A stretch of DNA of 64,000 nucleotides from Octopus sinensis (lineage: Eukaryota). Made by a program: the position numbers and the translations under genes. Each line of letters begins with the position of its first letter. Position 1 is the stretch's first letter. This document shows positions 39,612-51,830 of the stretch, in pieces. The stretch is taken from positions 60,202,001-60,266,000 of the forward strand of contig NC_043003.1 of NCBI RefSeq assembly GCF_006345805.1, written 5' to 3'. A model generated the notes under the pieces. The model was not told where the DNA came from. It did no database searches and worked only from the letters and a program-made list of their open reading frames with translations.

Positions 39612-40130
39612 ACCAAAAATGTCTTCCTAGTGTTATCTGCCGATGAGGCATGATGTTGTATCTAGGACACTCTATAAGGAAAATCGTCGGAAGGATAACC
39701 CCGAGGACAAAGAAATAAGAACCTACCGTATGGTAGAAGCCATAACCAATCAAAAGTAAAAAGGAGTATTGATGGAATGTCTCTATGAAAACCTCAATAA
39801 AATATAAGAACAATATGCCCGATATAATGATTCGGGATAGAGAAGAGAAACTGTATGCAGTTGTGGAAATTAGTTGCCCAGCGTGTGTTAACATAAATCT
39901 AAAGATCAGTAAAAAGACAATACCTACGCTAAACTGTTGAGAAATATGCAGTTACTCTATCCACATTGCAAGTTCAGGTTTATACCTGGAATTATTGGGG
40001 CCCTGAGATGTGTAATACACTGCGTAAATAGCAATCTTGAGAATTATAATTCTCAAAAACCAGAATGGAGAAAGCTAATTCGAAGAATACAGATCCAATC
40101 CATCACTGGAATTATAAAAAATCAGTAAAA
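39612..40130 (+). pseudogene. R4/NeSL-like RLE-type non-LTR retrotransposon C-terminal fragment
   Basis: RHDVVSRTLY / *WNVSMKT..NNMPDIMIRDREEK..VVEISCP / Y.KLLRNMQLLYPHCKFRFIPGIIGAL; this carries the PD..E restriction-like endonuclease signature. Confidence 0.8.
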
Positions 40131-40691
40131 CTTTCCAGATGTTTATCATTTGAAAATATATGAGCATGTCTAGATATGTAGCTATATGCATGAGTATACA
40201 TACATAAAGCAGAACATACAAATCTGCACACATACATGGATATATATACATACATACATACATACATACATACATACATACATACAAACATACATACATA
40301 CATACATACATACATACATACATACATACATACATACATACATACATACATACATACACACATACATACATACATACATACATACATACATGCATGTATG
40401 TATATTCTTCTATACCATCAGTCAGATGGATCTGAAATTACAAGAATGTAGACTCATTTCTTTAATGCTTTTGGTGTAAATATGTATAAAAAGAAAAATA
40501 ATTGTTCATTCATGCAGCATTTTAAAATTTTAGACCGTTCCCAAAAACTAATTATTTTACATTAGAATAACTGTGATAGGAAAATAGTAGCACACACAAA
40601 CATATACGCATATTTCTACATTTCTTCAGCCCGTCCCTTAGTCTTTCTCGAGATACATACATACATGCATGCATACATACATATATACATA

Positions 40692-40761
<70 letters not shown>

Positions 40762-40787
40762 TATGTATATGTATGTGTGTGTGTAGT

Positions 40788-40821
<34 letters not shown>

Positions 40822-41130
40822 TGTGCGCGTGTGTGTGTATGTGTGTGTGTCATGTATGTTGTATAACTTTAAGAAGTAGAAAAGCACTCAATCAGCTAAG
40901 AGAGTAGAGATATTCTTAAATGAAAGTTTTTTTCCCCCATTTATCAAACTGAAAGCATGATCGTTTGTCAGTTGTTGTTTAGTTAAGTCGTATATCAATA
41001 ACCAACGGACGAATCAAGTCGGCCTCGGATGTACATGTAGAGTCAAATATAAATGTCCTCTAGGACAGGAGTATGATACATCTTCCGTTGTTTAAGGTTG
41101 TACAAATGTGAAACGTTGTTTCGGTGTCGT

Positions 41131-41300
41131 AGAAGAACACTTAAAGACGAAGGGACCAATTTCGATGTCAAATGGAAAATCTTTTCTAAATTCAGACCCT
41201 AAATTAACGGATCAGTGCATTCGCTTGAAAACCTGTATCTATTAAAACACGTGGGACAACCTAACGAGTGATAAACAATAGAGGAACGAGATTTTTTTTA
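41131..41300 (+). pseudogene. Possible Penelope-like element C-terminal fragment (region following GIY-YIG)
   Basis: TLKDEGTNFDVKWKIFSKFRP*INGS..LENLYLLK resembles the PLE pattern LKD....I.WKI..K..PY. The diagnostic Cys residues are not preserved. Confidence 0.3.
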
Positions 41301-41595
41301 TTATGTCTAAATTTCAAAAATACATCTTCCCGGAATTTAAAACTGTACCACAGGACACTCAGTAAACCATTAACATATTGTAACGTTGGTTATCTCGCTT
41401 GTGTCTTAGCGTTTTCTCTTCCTTCCAAGCGTCTCTTGCTTTAACGCTATCTGCTAAAAAATAAAAGGAAATAACAACAGAAAAAAAACTTACAAACTGT
41501 CTGACTTCCAGCTTGATAAATGGCGGAATAAGTTATTATTTCGACCAAGTAACCAGGGTAGCTATTTTCAAGATTTGTGGGTTTTAATTGAAGGT

Positions 41596-41672
<77 letters not shown>

Positions 41673-44161
41673 AGCAGTGTAGTTCGCTTGGAGCATTGTA
41701 TTATTTATATATGAGCACGCACACACACACACACACGCATACACACACACACATATAAATATATACTCGTGTGTGTATATATATGTGTATGTACGTTTCT
41801 ATGTATGTATGTATGTATGTATGTATGTATGTATGTATGTATGTATGTATGTATGCATGTATGTGTGCATGCATGTATTCATTCAATGTAGATTTTTGGA
41901 TTCGGGCAATGAAGCATGGTAAACATTCGAAATGTATGATATATGGTCTGAAGATAAACGTTCTCTCTTGCAATTGCATGGTAAGGAACATGATCTGAAA
42001 TCATGAGCCTTAACTAAATCATTCGGAACATAATTTCGAGCATTAGAAATGACTTTCTGCGTTACTCTACATTAGTTACTATCCAACCTACTGGGGTGTA
42101 AAATGACAATCCACCTCAGCAAATTCTAATGATATATTTCTTGCCTGCAAATTCAATCCCTGGCCAGCTAAGTAGGCACATACCCAATAAAAATATTTCA
42201 CCATTTCATGATAACGTAAACCCTCATTGCTCCTGAGATTATTCTTCCCCATTTGTGGAAGCTTCCGCAAATCTTGTTATCCTATCTGTTAGATATGATC
42301 GTAAATAACACTAGCATAACCAACGCTCATATCTTAAATACCTCATCTAGTTCATTCGTAACATATGATGGAGTTGTACAGGCGATGCATACTACTTACA
42401 ACATATCATAACATTTAGTTATCATCACTAACTTAAAGAAATTTACCCACCACCGTAACACCCACAAGTCGAGAGTCTGGTGAGCAAAACACCCTCTATC
42501 GCTGCTTTATATCTCTATTCTTTCCCAAATTGCCTTCTGAATCTTCAGGCTGTGCTGAATTTTTTTGATTGTTCAGTGAGTAGTTCATGTATGTATGTGT
42601 GTGTCTGAATGTACATGGACATATATGTGAATATACATGGACAAATACACTGTTTAGAACCTCGGGCTAAAAGCTTATAAAGGAAACGTGTATGATTATA
42701 CCATGCAAAATCCAGCCTCATAGCATCTCGGGATACCCGAAAGGAGAGGGGAAAATACTCTCTTTTTTCTTGCTACTGACAGTAACAGTTTACAGCTGAG
42801 TGAGCAAGTTTTCAGTATATTCTACTAACATATTTAAAACTTCAATTTTTTGTTGTTCTTTTTTTTTATCTACAGCGTACTTTTTTCTCTACGGGAGTTA
42901 CTTTAATTTCCCGGACCACTTATGCAGAATAACTATTAGTCAACTTGATGTCTGCTTTTCTTGTTCATGGCTATGTGAGCCTACAGTAGCGGAAGTCATA
43001 TTTCATACTTTATATTACATGTAGAAATTTATGTATGCGTGCGTCTGTAAAGGTGTGCACAGTGTGCGTGTGTGTGAAGGCGCATCTGCGTGGATGTATG
43101 ACCGAATAAATGCACCACTAAGTTTAACATAATTTTATTCGTAATGTTTAGGAAATCTTAACATTAAGTTACGTGGTGGGCTAGTTTCCCTTCTTAGTGA
43201 CACTTTGGACGGAGAATGTAGTGGCTGTGCTGAAACGGACGAGAGATAGAGAGAGAGAAAGAGACAGAGAGACAGACTGAGGGAAAGTATTATAAATAGT
43301 GATAGTTTAGATAAATAGATAGTTGGGAAACTGGCTCAGCAGGTTGTTAATTAAATACCCATGAGCAAGAAGTTAGATATAGTTAAGGATAAAAGAGAAC
43401 GAGAAAGAGAAGAGGTTGAAAGGTAAAAGATAAAGCTCTGCTCTAGAGATGAATAATTAGACATCTAATATTTAAAAAAATAGAGAAACCGAGCGACTGA
43501 TAGATGAAGTTAGAGGAAGGTGAGGAGACAAAATAAGATTAAGAGAGAAAGTGAGAGAAAATAATCCATATATTATGTCTAGTGGCAAAATTTGATTGAG
43601 AGAAAGAAGAGAAATATGTATGTTCACAAGTGTGTGTGCGTGCTTGCGTGTGTGTCATGCAGAGGGAGTTAGGAAGGGAAGAATTAATGAATTATTTGGC
43701 TTCATTATTTAAGATGTGAATAACAAAGGAAAGTAAGTGCAGATGAAAAGAAACATTGTGTAAAATTAAACACAGAAGAAACAATAATAGAGCAGACTTA
43801 AAGTAAAATTATTAAGAATGAGTTAAAGGAAATAGAAATAAACCACGTCATTTTCCATGGGTTCTACATGTGTAGTAATAACACATTTACAAGTACAATT
43901 TGTTTGAATTGAATTACATCTTCATATTTGTCAGTTACAAAGAATTATTCATTCTTTTGTGGTGCTTTTTTATTGTGTAATATTTACGAAGTTTAGAACT
44001 ACAAAGCTTCTACTGAAATGCTGAACAGTAACTATAATAAAAACACTATCATAAGAATAATATACAAAGAAAAAAAATATTAATATACAAAATTATGCAC
44101 CAAAATTAGCGCATACAGATATATAAATATAGAAACACTTGCAGAGAGAAGTCTCTTTAAT

Positions 44162-44310
44162 AGGCAGGAGTGGCTTGCCTACCAACCACATGATCCCAAC
44201 TTCAGTCCCACTGTGTGGGACCTTGGGCAAACGTCCTCTGCTATAGCCTCGGGCCGACCAAAGCCTTGTGAGTTAATTTGGTAGACGGAAACTGAAAGAA
44301 GCTTGTTGTA
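44162..44310 (+). mobile_element. SINE family B head
   Basis: aggcaggagtggc..cagtcccactgtgtgggaccttgggcaa..gacggaaactgaaagaag, then (TA)n. Confidence 0.85.
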
Positions 44311-44517
44311 TAATATATATATATATATATATATATAGTAAAGAAAAATAAGTTGGCTAGCAGCAAGCTGTTTCGCCTCATACCGAAGGAATTAGAAATG
44401 GCAGTCAAAGACCGTTTTTTCCATTTCTATAAGTGGAGATTCCAAAAACGAAGGCCCTTGCGGCTCACATACACAAAACCGGAGTGGCAAATATACGAAT
44501 TCAGTCACTTACCGTTA

Positions 44518-44589
44518 ATAGCGAACACGGTGTTTCTGGATCACAAACATATAAAAAAAGGGGAGTTTGAATTCCGTCATCAGCGCTAT
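44518..44589 (-). ncRNA. Type I hammerhead ribozyme candidate
   Basis: auagcg CUGAUGA c gga..caaac[loop]guuug..ucc a GAAA cac c gug UU| cgcuau. Stem I continues past a 3x3 internal loop as uaccg/cggua. Confidence 0.65.
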
Positions 44590-45154
44590 ATTCGGTAGCT
44601 TTATCAAATGCCACCAGCCCCCACTTCTGACCCAGCGACATCAGATAGTGGGGGGAAGTGCGCAGATGTTAAAACCAAGTAACGACTGGGGACGTAAATT
44701 TTCCCTCCAAAATTCTGCCATGCGCGCCTTCTGGATAATCGTAATGGAATGAGGAATCCACATGGTAATACAATAAAAATGGTAAATAATTTTCCTGTGG
44801 TTTTTCATGTAACCAACAATTATTTACCGGTAAATTTCGGTATGTAAATACGACAAAATAATTGTCAAGACCTTTGTAAGGTTCAGTATATAGTAAAGAA
44901 AAATAAGTTGGCTAGCAGCAAGCTGTTTCGCCTCATACCGAAGGAATTAGAAATGGCAGTCAAAGACCGTTTTTTCCATTTCTATAAGTGGAGATTCCAA
45001 AAACGAAGGCCCTTGCGGCTCACATACACAAAACCGGAGGGAAAATTTACGTCCCCAGTCGTTACTTGGTTTTAACATCTGCGCACTTCCCCCCACTATC
45101 TGATGTCGCTGGGTCAGAAGTGGGGGCTGGTGGCATTTGATAAAGCTACCGAAT

Positions 45155-45226
45155 ATAGCGCTGATGACGGAATTCAAACTCCCCTTTTTTTATATGTTTG
45201 TGATCCAGAAACACCGCGTTCGCTAT
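45155..45226 (+). ncRNA. Type I hammerhead ribozyme candidate (inverted copy, stem III substitution)
   Basis: CUGAUGA at 45161-67, GAAA at 45208-11, stem III caccgcg (C at 45217 instead of U), UU| at 45219-20, cgcuau. Confidence 0.55.
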
Positions 45227-45524
45227 TAACGGTAAGTGACTGAATTCGTATATTTGCCACTCCGGTTTTGTGTATGTGAGCCGCAAGGGCCTTCGTTTTT
45301 GGAATCTCCACTTATAGAAATGGAAAAAACGGTCTTTGACTGCCATTTCTAATTCCTTCGGTATGAGGCGAAACAGCTTGCTGCTAGCCAACTTATTTTT
45401 CTTTACTATATACTGAACCTTACAAAGGTCTTGACAATTATTTTGTCGTATTTACATACCGAAATTTACCGGTAAATAATTGTTGGTTACATGAAAAACC
45501 ACAGGAAAATTATTTACCATTTTT

Positions 45525-45560
<36 letters not shown>

Positions 45561-45586
45561 AAAAAAGCAACAAGAATGGATTAAAA

Positions 45587-45674
45587 TCTCGGTACGATCG
45601 TTTCGTACGAGGACATCTTTAATAAGCTACAAAAAATGCAGTGAATATAGATGGCTCGTACTCGTCAGCCGAAA
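45587..45674 (-). ncRNA. Type I hammerhead ribozyme (left arm)
   Basis: Mirror copy of 46238-46325. Confidence 0.85.
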
Positions 45675-46237
45675 AAACATCAGAGAATTCCCAAACATCA
45701 AAAGGGGTAGATACAAAAGAGGTTGTAAGATTAACTGCATTGAAGAAAGTTCGATTCATGGAGATCCGATGAAAGGTTTTAAACTTACAGAATTTGTGCA
45801 TGTCTACATATAGCTCATATTGAATTGCTAATCAAGTTGTGTGAAGAAATTTTCGGATACAGTCATGCAAAATTTCTGAAAATCCGAGTAAGAAGCAAAG
45901 TGACTGTCATATCGTGTAGAGGAAAGTCTTTCAATAACAATCTGTTCCTCTACACGATATGACAGTCACTTTGCTTTTACTCAGACTTTCCTCTACACGA
46001 TATGACAGTCACTTTGCTTCTCACTCGGATTTTCAGAAATTTTGCATGACTGTATCCGAAAATTTCTTCACACAACTTGATTAGCAATTCAATATGAGCT
46101 ATATGTAGACATGCACAAATTCTGTAAGTTTAAAACCTTTCATCGGATCTTCATGAATCGAACTTTCTTCAATGCAGTTAATCTTACAACCTCTTTTGTA
46201 TCTACCCCTTTTGATGTTTGGGAATTCTCTGATGTTT

Positions 46238-46325
46238 TTTCGGCTGACGAGTACGAGCCATCTATATTCACTGCATTTTTTGTAGCTTATTAAAGATGTC
46301 CTCGTACGAAACGATCGTACCGAGA
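46238..46325 (+). ncRNA. Type I hammerhead ribozyme (right arm)
   Basis: uuucgg CUGACGA(46244-50) guacgag[43 nt]cucguac GAAA(46308-11) cgaucg UA| ccgaga. Intact core, G10.1-C11.1, 7-bp stem II, palindromic stem III, GUA triplet; cleavage after 46319. Confidence 0.88.
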
Positions 46326-46472
46326 TTTTAATCCATTCTTGTTGCTTTTTTCCTATTTGAAATCACCCCACTTGTCGTATGGTTAACACCATATAGATTT
46401 CCGGTGCATCCTAGTGAAGGACCATATTCATGTGAATTCTTTAGAATTCACTTGAATCTCAATTACTTAACC

Positions 46473-46554
<82 letters not shown>

Positions 46555-46720
46555 TTCTGTGTCTGTGATTGTCCCTCCATCATCGCTTGACAACCGATGC
46601 TGGTGTGTTTACGTATCCGTAACTTAGCGGTTCAGCAAAAGTAACCAATAGAATAAGTACTAGGCTTACAAAGAATTAGTCCTGGGGTCGATATCTTCCG
46701 CTAAAAATAACTGAAGCAAA
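46555..46720 (+). mobile_element. SINE family B 3' part
   Basis: catcgcttgacaaccgatgctggtgtgtttacg..aagtactaggcttacaaagaat.agtcctggggtcgat. Confidence 0.85.
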
Positions 46721-47178
46721 TACAAGAAGATAAATAAATGAAGATTGAATTACAATGTATATTATATCTTGGTTAGGGATGAACGAAGAAGAATCGAGTA
46801 AAATACCCTGACAGAGGTAGTCTTACTAAACACGCTCTGAGTTCGATCTCCACTCCCGTATACATACGGGTTCTATGGTTTGGTGAAGAGTTAAGTATTT
46901 TGGATTGATTTATTAACATGGTATAAACAACAAGCTAATGACTGATCTGATCACCACATGAATCATTGTCGATGCCAGCATCGTCATCGCCGCTCTCATC
47001 ATCGAGCCTTCGTCATCGCCACCATCGGTATCGCTGCCCTCGTCGTCGTCGTCGTTGTCAGTGCCATGATATTCATGAGCAATAGCAGCGGCATTCAAGG
47101 GGAAAGTATTGACCTGTTAAATTAGAAATTTCTGTATAATTAAAAATTAATGAAAAAATAGGTTAATGAGTAAAAGAT

Positions 47179-47216
<38 letters not shown>

Positions 47217-47294
47217 AACTGTTTCAGTCAGGTCTAGGTAAATGAATGAAGGAATGAAAGTCGATAAATTAGAAAATGAGGTCTAAATTTAGTA

Positions 47295-48295
47295 TTTTCA
47301 TCATCATCATCATCATCATCGTCGTCGTTCATCGACATCAACGTCACCATCACCATCGTCGTCGTAATCATCACTGACATCGTCTCGTCATCTCCTTAAT
47401 CACCGACGATGATTGAAAAGAAAACGATCACCACCGCCGTTATCATCATCATAATGATCATTTATCACCACCACCACTACCACCACAATCATCACTAATG
47501 ACAACAGCAGCAGCAGCGGCAGCAGCGGCAGCAGCGGCAGCAGCGGCAGCAGCGGCAGCAGCGGCAGCAGCAGCAGCGGCAGCAGCCTGTAGGAGACATT
47601 GTCCTGTTGAATTACGAATGACGGGATAAATCTTGGGTTAGGCAAACGAATGAATGAGCGGAAGCAGACAGATGACTAAATGAAGGAGAAAAACTGGAGG
47701 AAGGAAAAGCTCTACATTTAATAATCATTCACGTCATTGTCATCATCGTCGTCATCATCATCGTCGTCATCATCATCGTCATCCTCATCATCATTGTTAT
47801 CATCGTCATCCTCATCGTCAACATCGTTATCGTCATCATCATCATCACCACAACCACCACCACCACCACCACCAACACCACCAACACCATCATCATTATC
47901 ACCCTAGTGACCACCATCATCCACATCAGGGGTCTCCAGAATGATCGATATCGATCCCTGGGGGTCGATAAACGTTCATCTACTTATTATTATTGTTTAT
48001 TTATTTATTTTCTACTATATGCCTGGTGGGGTCGCTGAGGAGTCTCGGATTCCATGAAGGGGTCGATAGTCTAAAAAGCTTCAGGACCCTTGATACCATA
48101 TCATCGTCTTCATCATCTTCATCATCTTCATCACCATCATCATCACCATCACACGACGGCCAACAACAACAGCTCCACCACTACAACGTTCAACGCCATC
48201 ATTATCGTCGTTACCATCATCCCTTCATCATCAGATCATCACCATCGTCGTCATCATCATCATCGTCGTCTTCGTCGTCGTCATCATCATCACAT
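47295..48295. repeat. (CAT)/(CGT)/(CAC)/(GGCAGCAGC)n compound microsatellite field
   Basis: Directly visible. Confidence 0.9.
47927..48092. mobile_element. Possible hAT-type MITE
   Basis: Ends cagggggtc-like (caggggtctcc) and ggacccttg; the flanking 8-mers are only loosely similar (atccacat / ataccata). Confidence 0.3.
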
Positions 48296-48524
48296 AAATG
48301 AATTCGATGATATATATATGGAACTAAAATCAAATGAATCCAGAGTCTAATGAATTGTCAAAGTTTAACTAATAAGGCTTTAATAGGCTGTCAATAATTA
48401 ATGAATAATTTCTGGTTCATCTGAGTGGGAAGTGCTCCGTTAGATTTTAATTTCGAAGACCAAAAAAAAAGGTGAAAATATTATCTACATATTAAAACGC
48501 GGCTCATTTTTTTCTACCTAATGA

Positions 48525-48850
48525 TACTGATTTCAAATTTTGGCCCAGTGCCAGCAATTTCGGGCAGGTGGGGATACATTGACTACATCTACCCCAGTGC
48601 TCAACTGTTATTTTATCGACCACCGAAAGAATGAAAGGCAAAGTCGACCTTAGTGGAATTTGAACTCAGCACGTAAAAACGGAATAAATGCAGCTAGACA
48701 TTTTTAACAGCTTGCTAACGATTCCGTCAACTCACCACGTTTATGTAGTACAGTATATTCGTTTCAAATTTTGGAACATCGCCAGCAATTTGGGGGGAGG
48801 GGTAAGTCGATTACATCGATCCCTCTACTCAACTGGAGCTTGTTTAATCG
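48525..48850 (-). mobile_element. Two SINE family A copies (second partial)
   Basis: gatttcaaattttggc..gccagcaatttc..gaatgaaaggcaaagtcgacctt..gaatttgaactcag, followed by a second tail copy at ~48760. Confidence 0.8.
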
Positions 48851-48875
48851 ATCTCTACAATTTTATCGATCTCTA

Positions 48876-49025
48876 TAGGCACAGGAGTGGCTGTGTGGTA
48901 AGTAGCTTGCTTACTAACCACATGGTTCTAGGTTCAGTCAAAATGTGTGGCACCTTGGGCAAGTGTCTTCTATTATAGCCTCGGGCCGACTAAATCCTTT
49001 AGCTGAAGCTAAAAGAAGCCCGTCG

Positions 49026-49030
<5 letters not shown>
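48876..49030 (+). mobile_element. SINE family B head
   Basis: ggcacaggagtggctgtgtggtaagtag..caccttgggcaagtgtcttctattatagcctcggg. Confidence 0.85.
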
Positions 49031-49084
<54 letters not shown>

Positions 49085-49165
49085 GTGTGTGTGTGTCTGT
49101 GTGTCTGTGTGTCTGTGTCTGTGTGTGTGTCCAAGTAAGCAAGTAAAAAGAATAAAAGAATATAT

Positions 49166-49355
49166 GGAGGTGCATTTGCCTAGTGGTTAGGGCAGTGGAC
49201 TCGCAGTCACAGGATCGTGGTTTCGATTCCCATATCAGATGTTGTGGGTGTTTATTGAGCGAAAACACTTAAAGCTCCACGAAACTCCGGCAGTGGGTAG
49301 TGGCGAACCCTGCTGTACTCTTTCCCCACAAATTTCTCTCACTCTTTCCGGGTGT
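49166..49355 (+). mobile_element. SINE family C
   Basis: tgcctagtggttagggcagtggactcgc..gtttcgattccc..aagctccacga..ggcgaaccctgctgtactcttt. Confidence 0.8.
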
Positions 49356-49359
49356 GTTT

Positions 49360-49545
49360 CGTTGGTTATTTTACTTTTTCCGTGTCCTCCCTTCTTTGAA
49401 CCTTTTCTATATTTCTGATGAAGAGCTCAGCTCGAAAAGTGAGATGCTCTTTCTTTTGTTTCTTTTATTGAGCGTCCTATAACATTGTACTCATTCCACG
49501 TCCTCGTGTTGCTTTTTCTTGCTTGTTCATGATTGGATTGACTAT
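49360..49545 (+). mobile_element. Penelope-like pLTR/tail fragment with inactivated minimal hammerhead
   Basis: auuu CUGAUGA a gagc uca gcuc GAAA ag UG agau (49411-49445); G at position 17 is non-cleavable. Homologous to 18920-19105; ends at (TA)n. Confidence 0.6.
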
Positions 49546-49578
49546 ATATATGTATATATATATATATATATATACATG

Positions 49579-49611
<33 letters not shown>

Positions 49612-50068
49612 CGATAGATGGATGGATATATCAAATGTGTCACCGGGTGTAATTATTTTGTTTGAGTGTATATAATATAATATATTTTTGATAAGTAAAA
49701 GAAAAAGAGAACATAACGACTTCAAAATAGCAGTTACTGATTATTTCATTAGGTCAATTAGAAAGGAACTTTTAAAGTAAAACATGTCAATATTGTATGT
49801 AAATAACATCATACGGTGACATACACGCACTCACAAACATGCGATTCAAAAAGACACATGTTTCTGTTTATATTTATACATGTTGGTATTTGACTATATA
49901 TAAGTGTATGCTTTCTCCCCCTCTCTCTCTGTTTCGCTCTCTATCTCTCTCTCTCACCCTCTCTATCTGTCTGTCTATCTATCTATCTATCTTTCTATCT
50001 ATCTATCTATCTATCTAGCTATCTATCTATCCATCTATATTTATGTATGTGTGTGTGAGCGCATGTGT

Positions 50069-50136
<68 letters not shown>

Positions 50137-50167
50137 ATTACACATATATATATACGTGTACATTTGC

Positions 50168-50272
<105 letters not shown>

Positions 50273-50933
50273 TGTATATATATATACATGTATATTACAC
50301 ACATATATATATACACATGTATATTACATATATATATACATACATATATATATGCATACGTACATACATACATATATATACATACATACAAACATATCGA
50401 ATAAATGCATAAACACGGTGTACAGTGTCTACAACGCTAATAGAAACAATAATAACCAAAGAAAAATACAAAAGAAAAAACATCAAACAATCCCAGAGAA
50501 ATATAAAATATTATCAAAACGACGTAAGACATGTTTACGATAAAACAGAGATTATTCATTCTTGCTGTGGTGCTATTTAAACTATTGCGCTTAGTGGCAT
50601 GTCTATATTTGACGGAGCCATACATATTCGGAACTGACGCCTGGCGCCAAATATTAGGAAGCAGGATACAGATTGCTTGGCAGCCTATGTGATTTTCCTT
50701 ACAGCCATCCCATTAGATGTCATGATGAATTTATTAAAATCAATCATAATTTCTAATTAGCAAGTTAACAACGCGTCTGTTGGAGTAAAATAAAACGTAA
50801 GACTACGACTGTGTGAGCGAGTCTGTGGGGAGAGTGCGTGTTCTTGGGGAATATGTTAGTATTATTATGTCTGTCTCTTCCCCCCTCACTCTTTCAGGAT
50901 CACTTTCACTCACTCTCTCTCTCTCTGTATGTA

Positions 50934-51006
<73 letters not shown>

Positions 51007-51147
51007 GTGTATGTGTGTGTATGTATTATATATATAGAAAGAGATATAATTTTTATATGTATTTATATATATACATATATATATACTTATATATACATAA
51101 ATTCATATATATATATAAGTATATATATGTGTGTATATATGTGTGTG

Positions 51148-51198
<51 letters not shown>

Positions 51199-51269
51199 AT
51201 ATATATTTATATATACATGTATATAAGTATATATGTAGGTGTATATGTGTATATAGTTATATGTGTGTG

Positions 51270-51330
<61 letters not shown>

Positions 51331-51584
51331 CTGTGTCTCCCTCAGTCTAGCCTCTCGTCTCTGCACCTAGCTGTGCTACAGTCAGTCTGTGATATTTTGA
51401 CTATTTTATGTTTCATGAATTGGGTGTTTTTTTTTAACATCTTGGCTGCGAAATTAATTTGATAAATTAAGGAGAGAAATTTGTCAATTGAAGCAATACA
51501 GGCGAGTGAGTGAATGTGTGTGCTGTACGTGCATGCGTGTTTCTGTGTATATGTAATTGAGAGAGACAGAGAGCAGTAGATAAA

Positions 51585-51595
51585 TAGATAGATAA

Positions 51596-51685
<90 letters not shown>

Positions 51686-51830
51686 TGATAGATAGATAGA
51701 TGATGGATGGATGGATGGATGGATGGATGGATGGATAGATGGATAGATAGGTGATTAGACAGATAGATGGTTAGATAGATAGATAGATTGATAGATAGAT
51801 ATTTAGATAGATAGATGGTTAGATAGATAG
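51585..51830. repeat. (GATA)/(GGAT)n microsatellite
   Basis: Directly visible. Confidence 0.95.

Larger units (their letters stand above)
44338..45531. mobile_element. Hammerhead-containing 555-bp-period unit arranged as tandem plus head-to-head inversion, between (TA)n tracts
   Basis: 44338-44484 repeats at 44893-45039 (offset 555). 44338-44708 is the reverse complement of 45036-45406 with 1 mismatch. 44768-45039 is the reverse complement of 45260-45531. Confidence 0.9.
45556..46356. mobile_element. 801-bp palindrome with 374-bp arms, one hammerhead per arm (Penelope-like inverted pLTR-type structure)
   Basis: 45556-45929 is the reverse complement of 45983-46356; I noticed 2 substitutions. 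53-bp spacer. Confidence 0.9.

Noticed and set aside
44353-45391. Duplicated 81-aa ORF MASSKLFRLIPKE..
   Set aside because: It starts at TTG, has no recognisable domain, and lies antisense to the hammerhead fold. The duplication is explained by the repeat structure.
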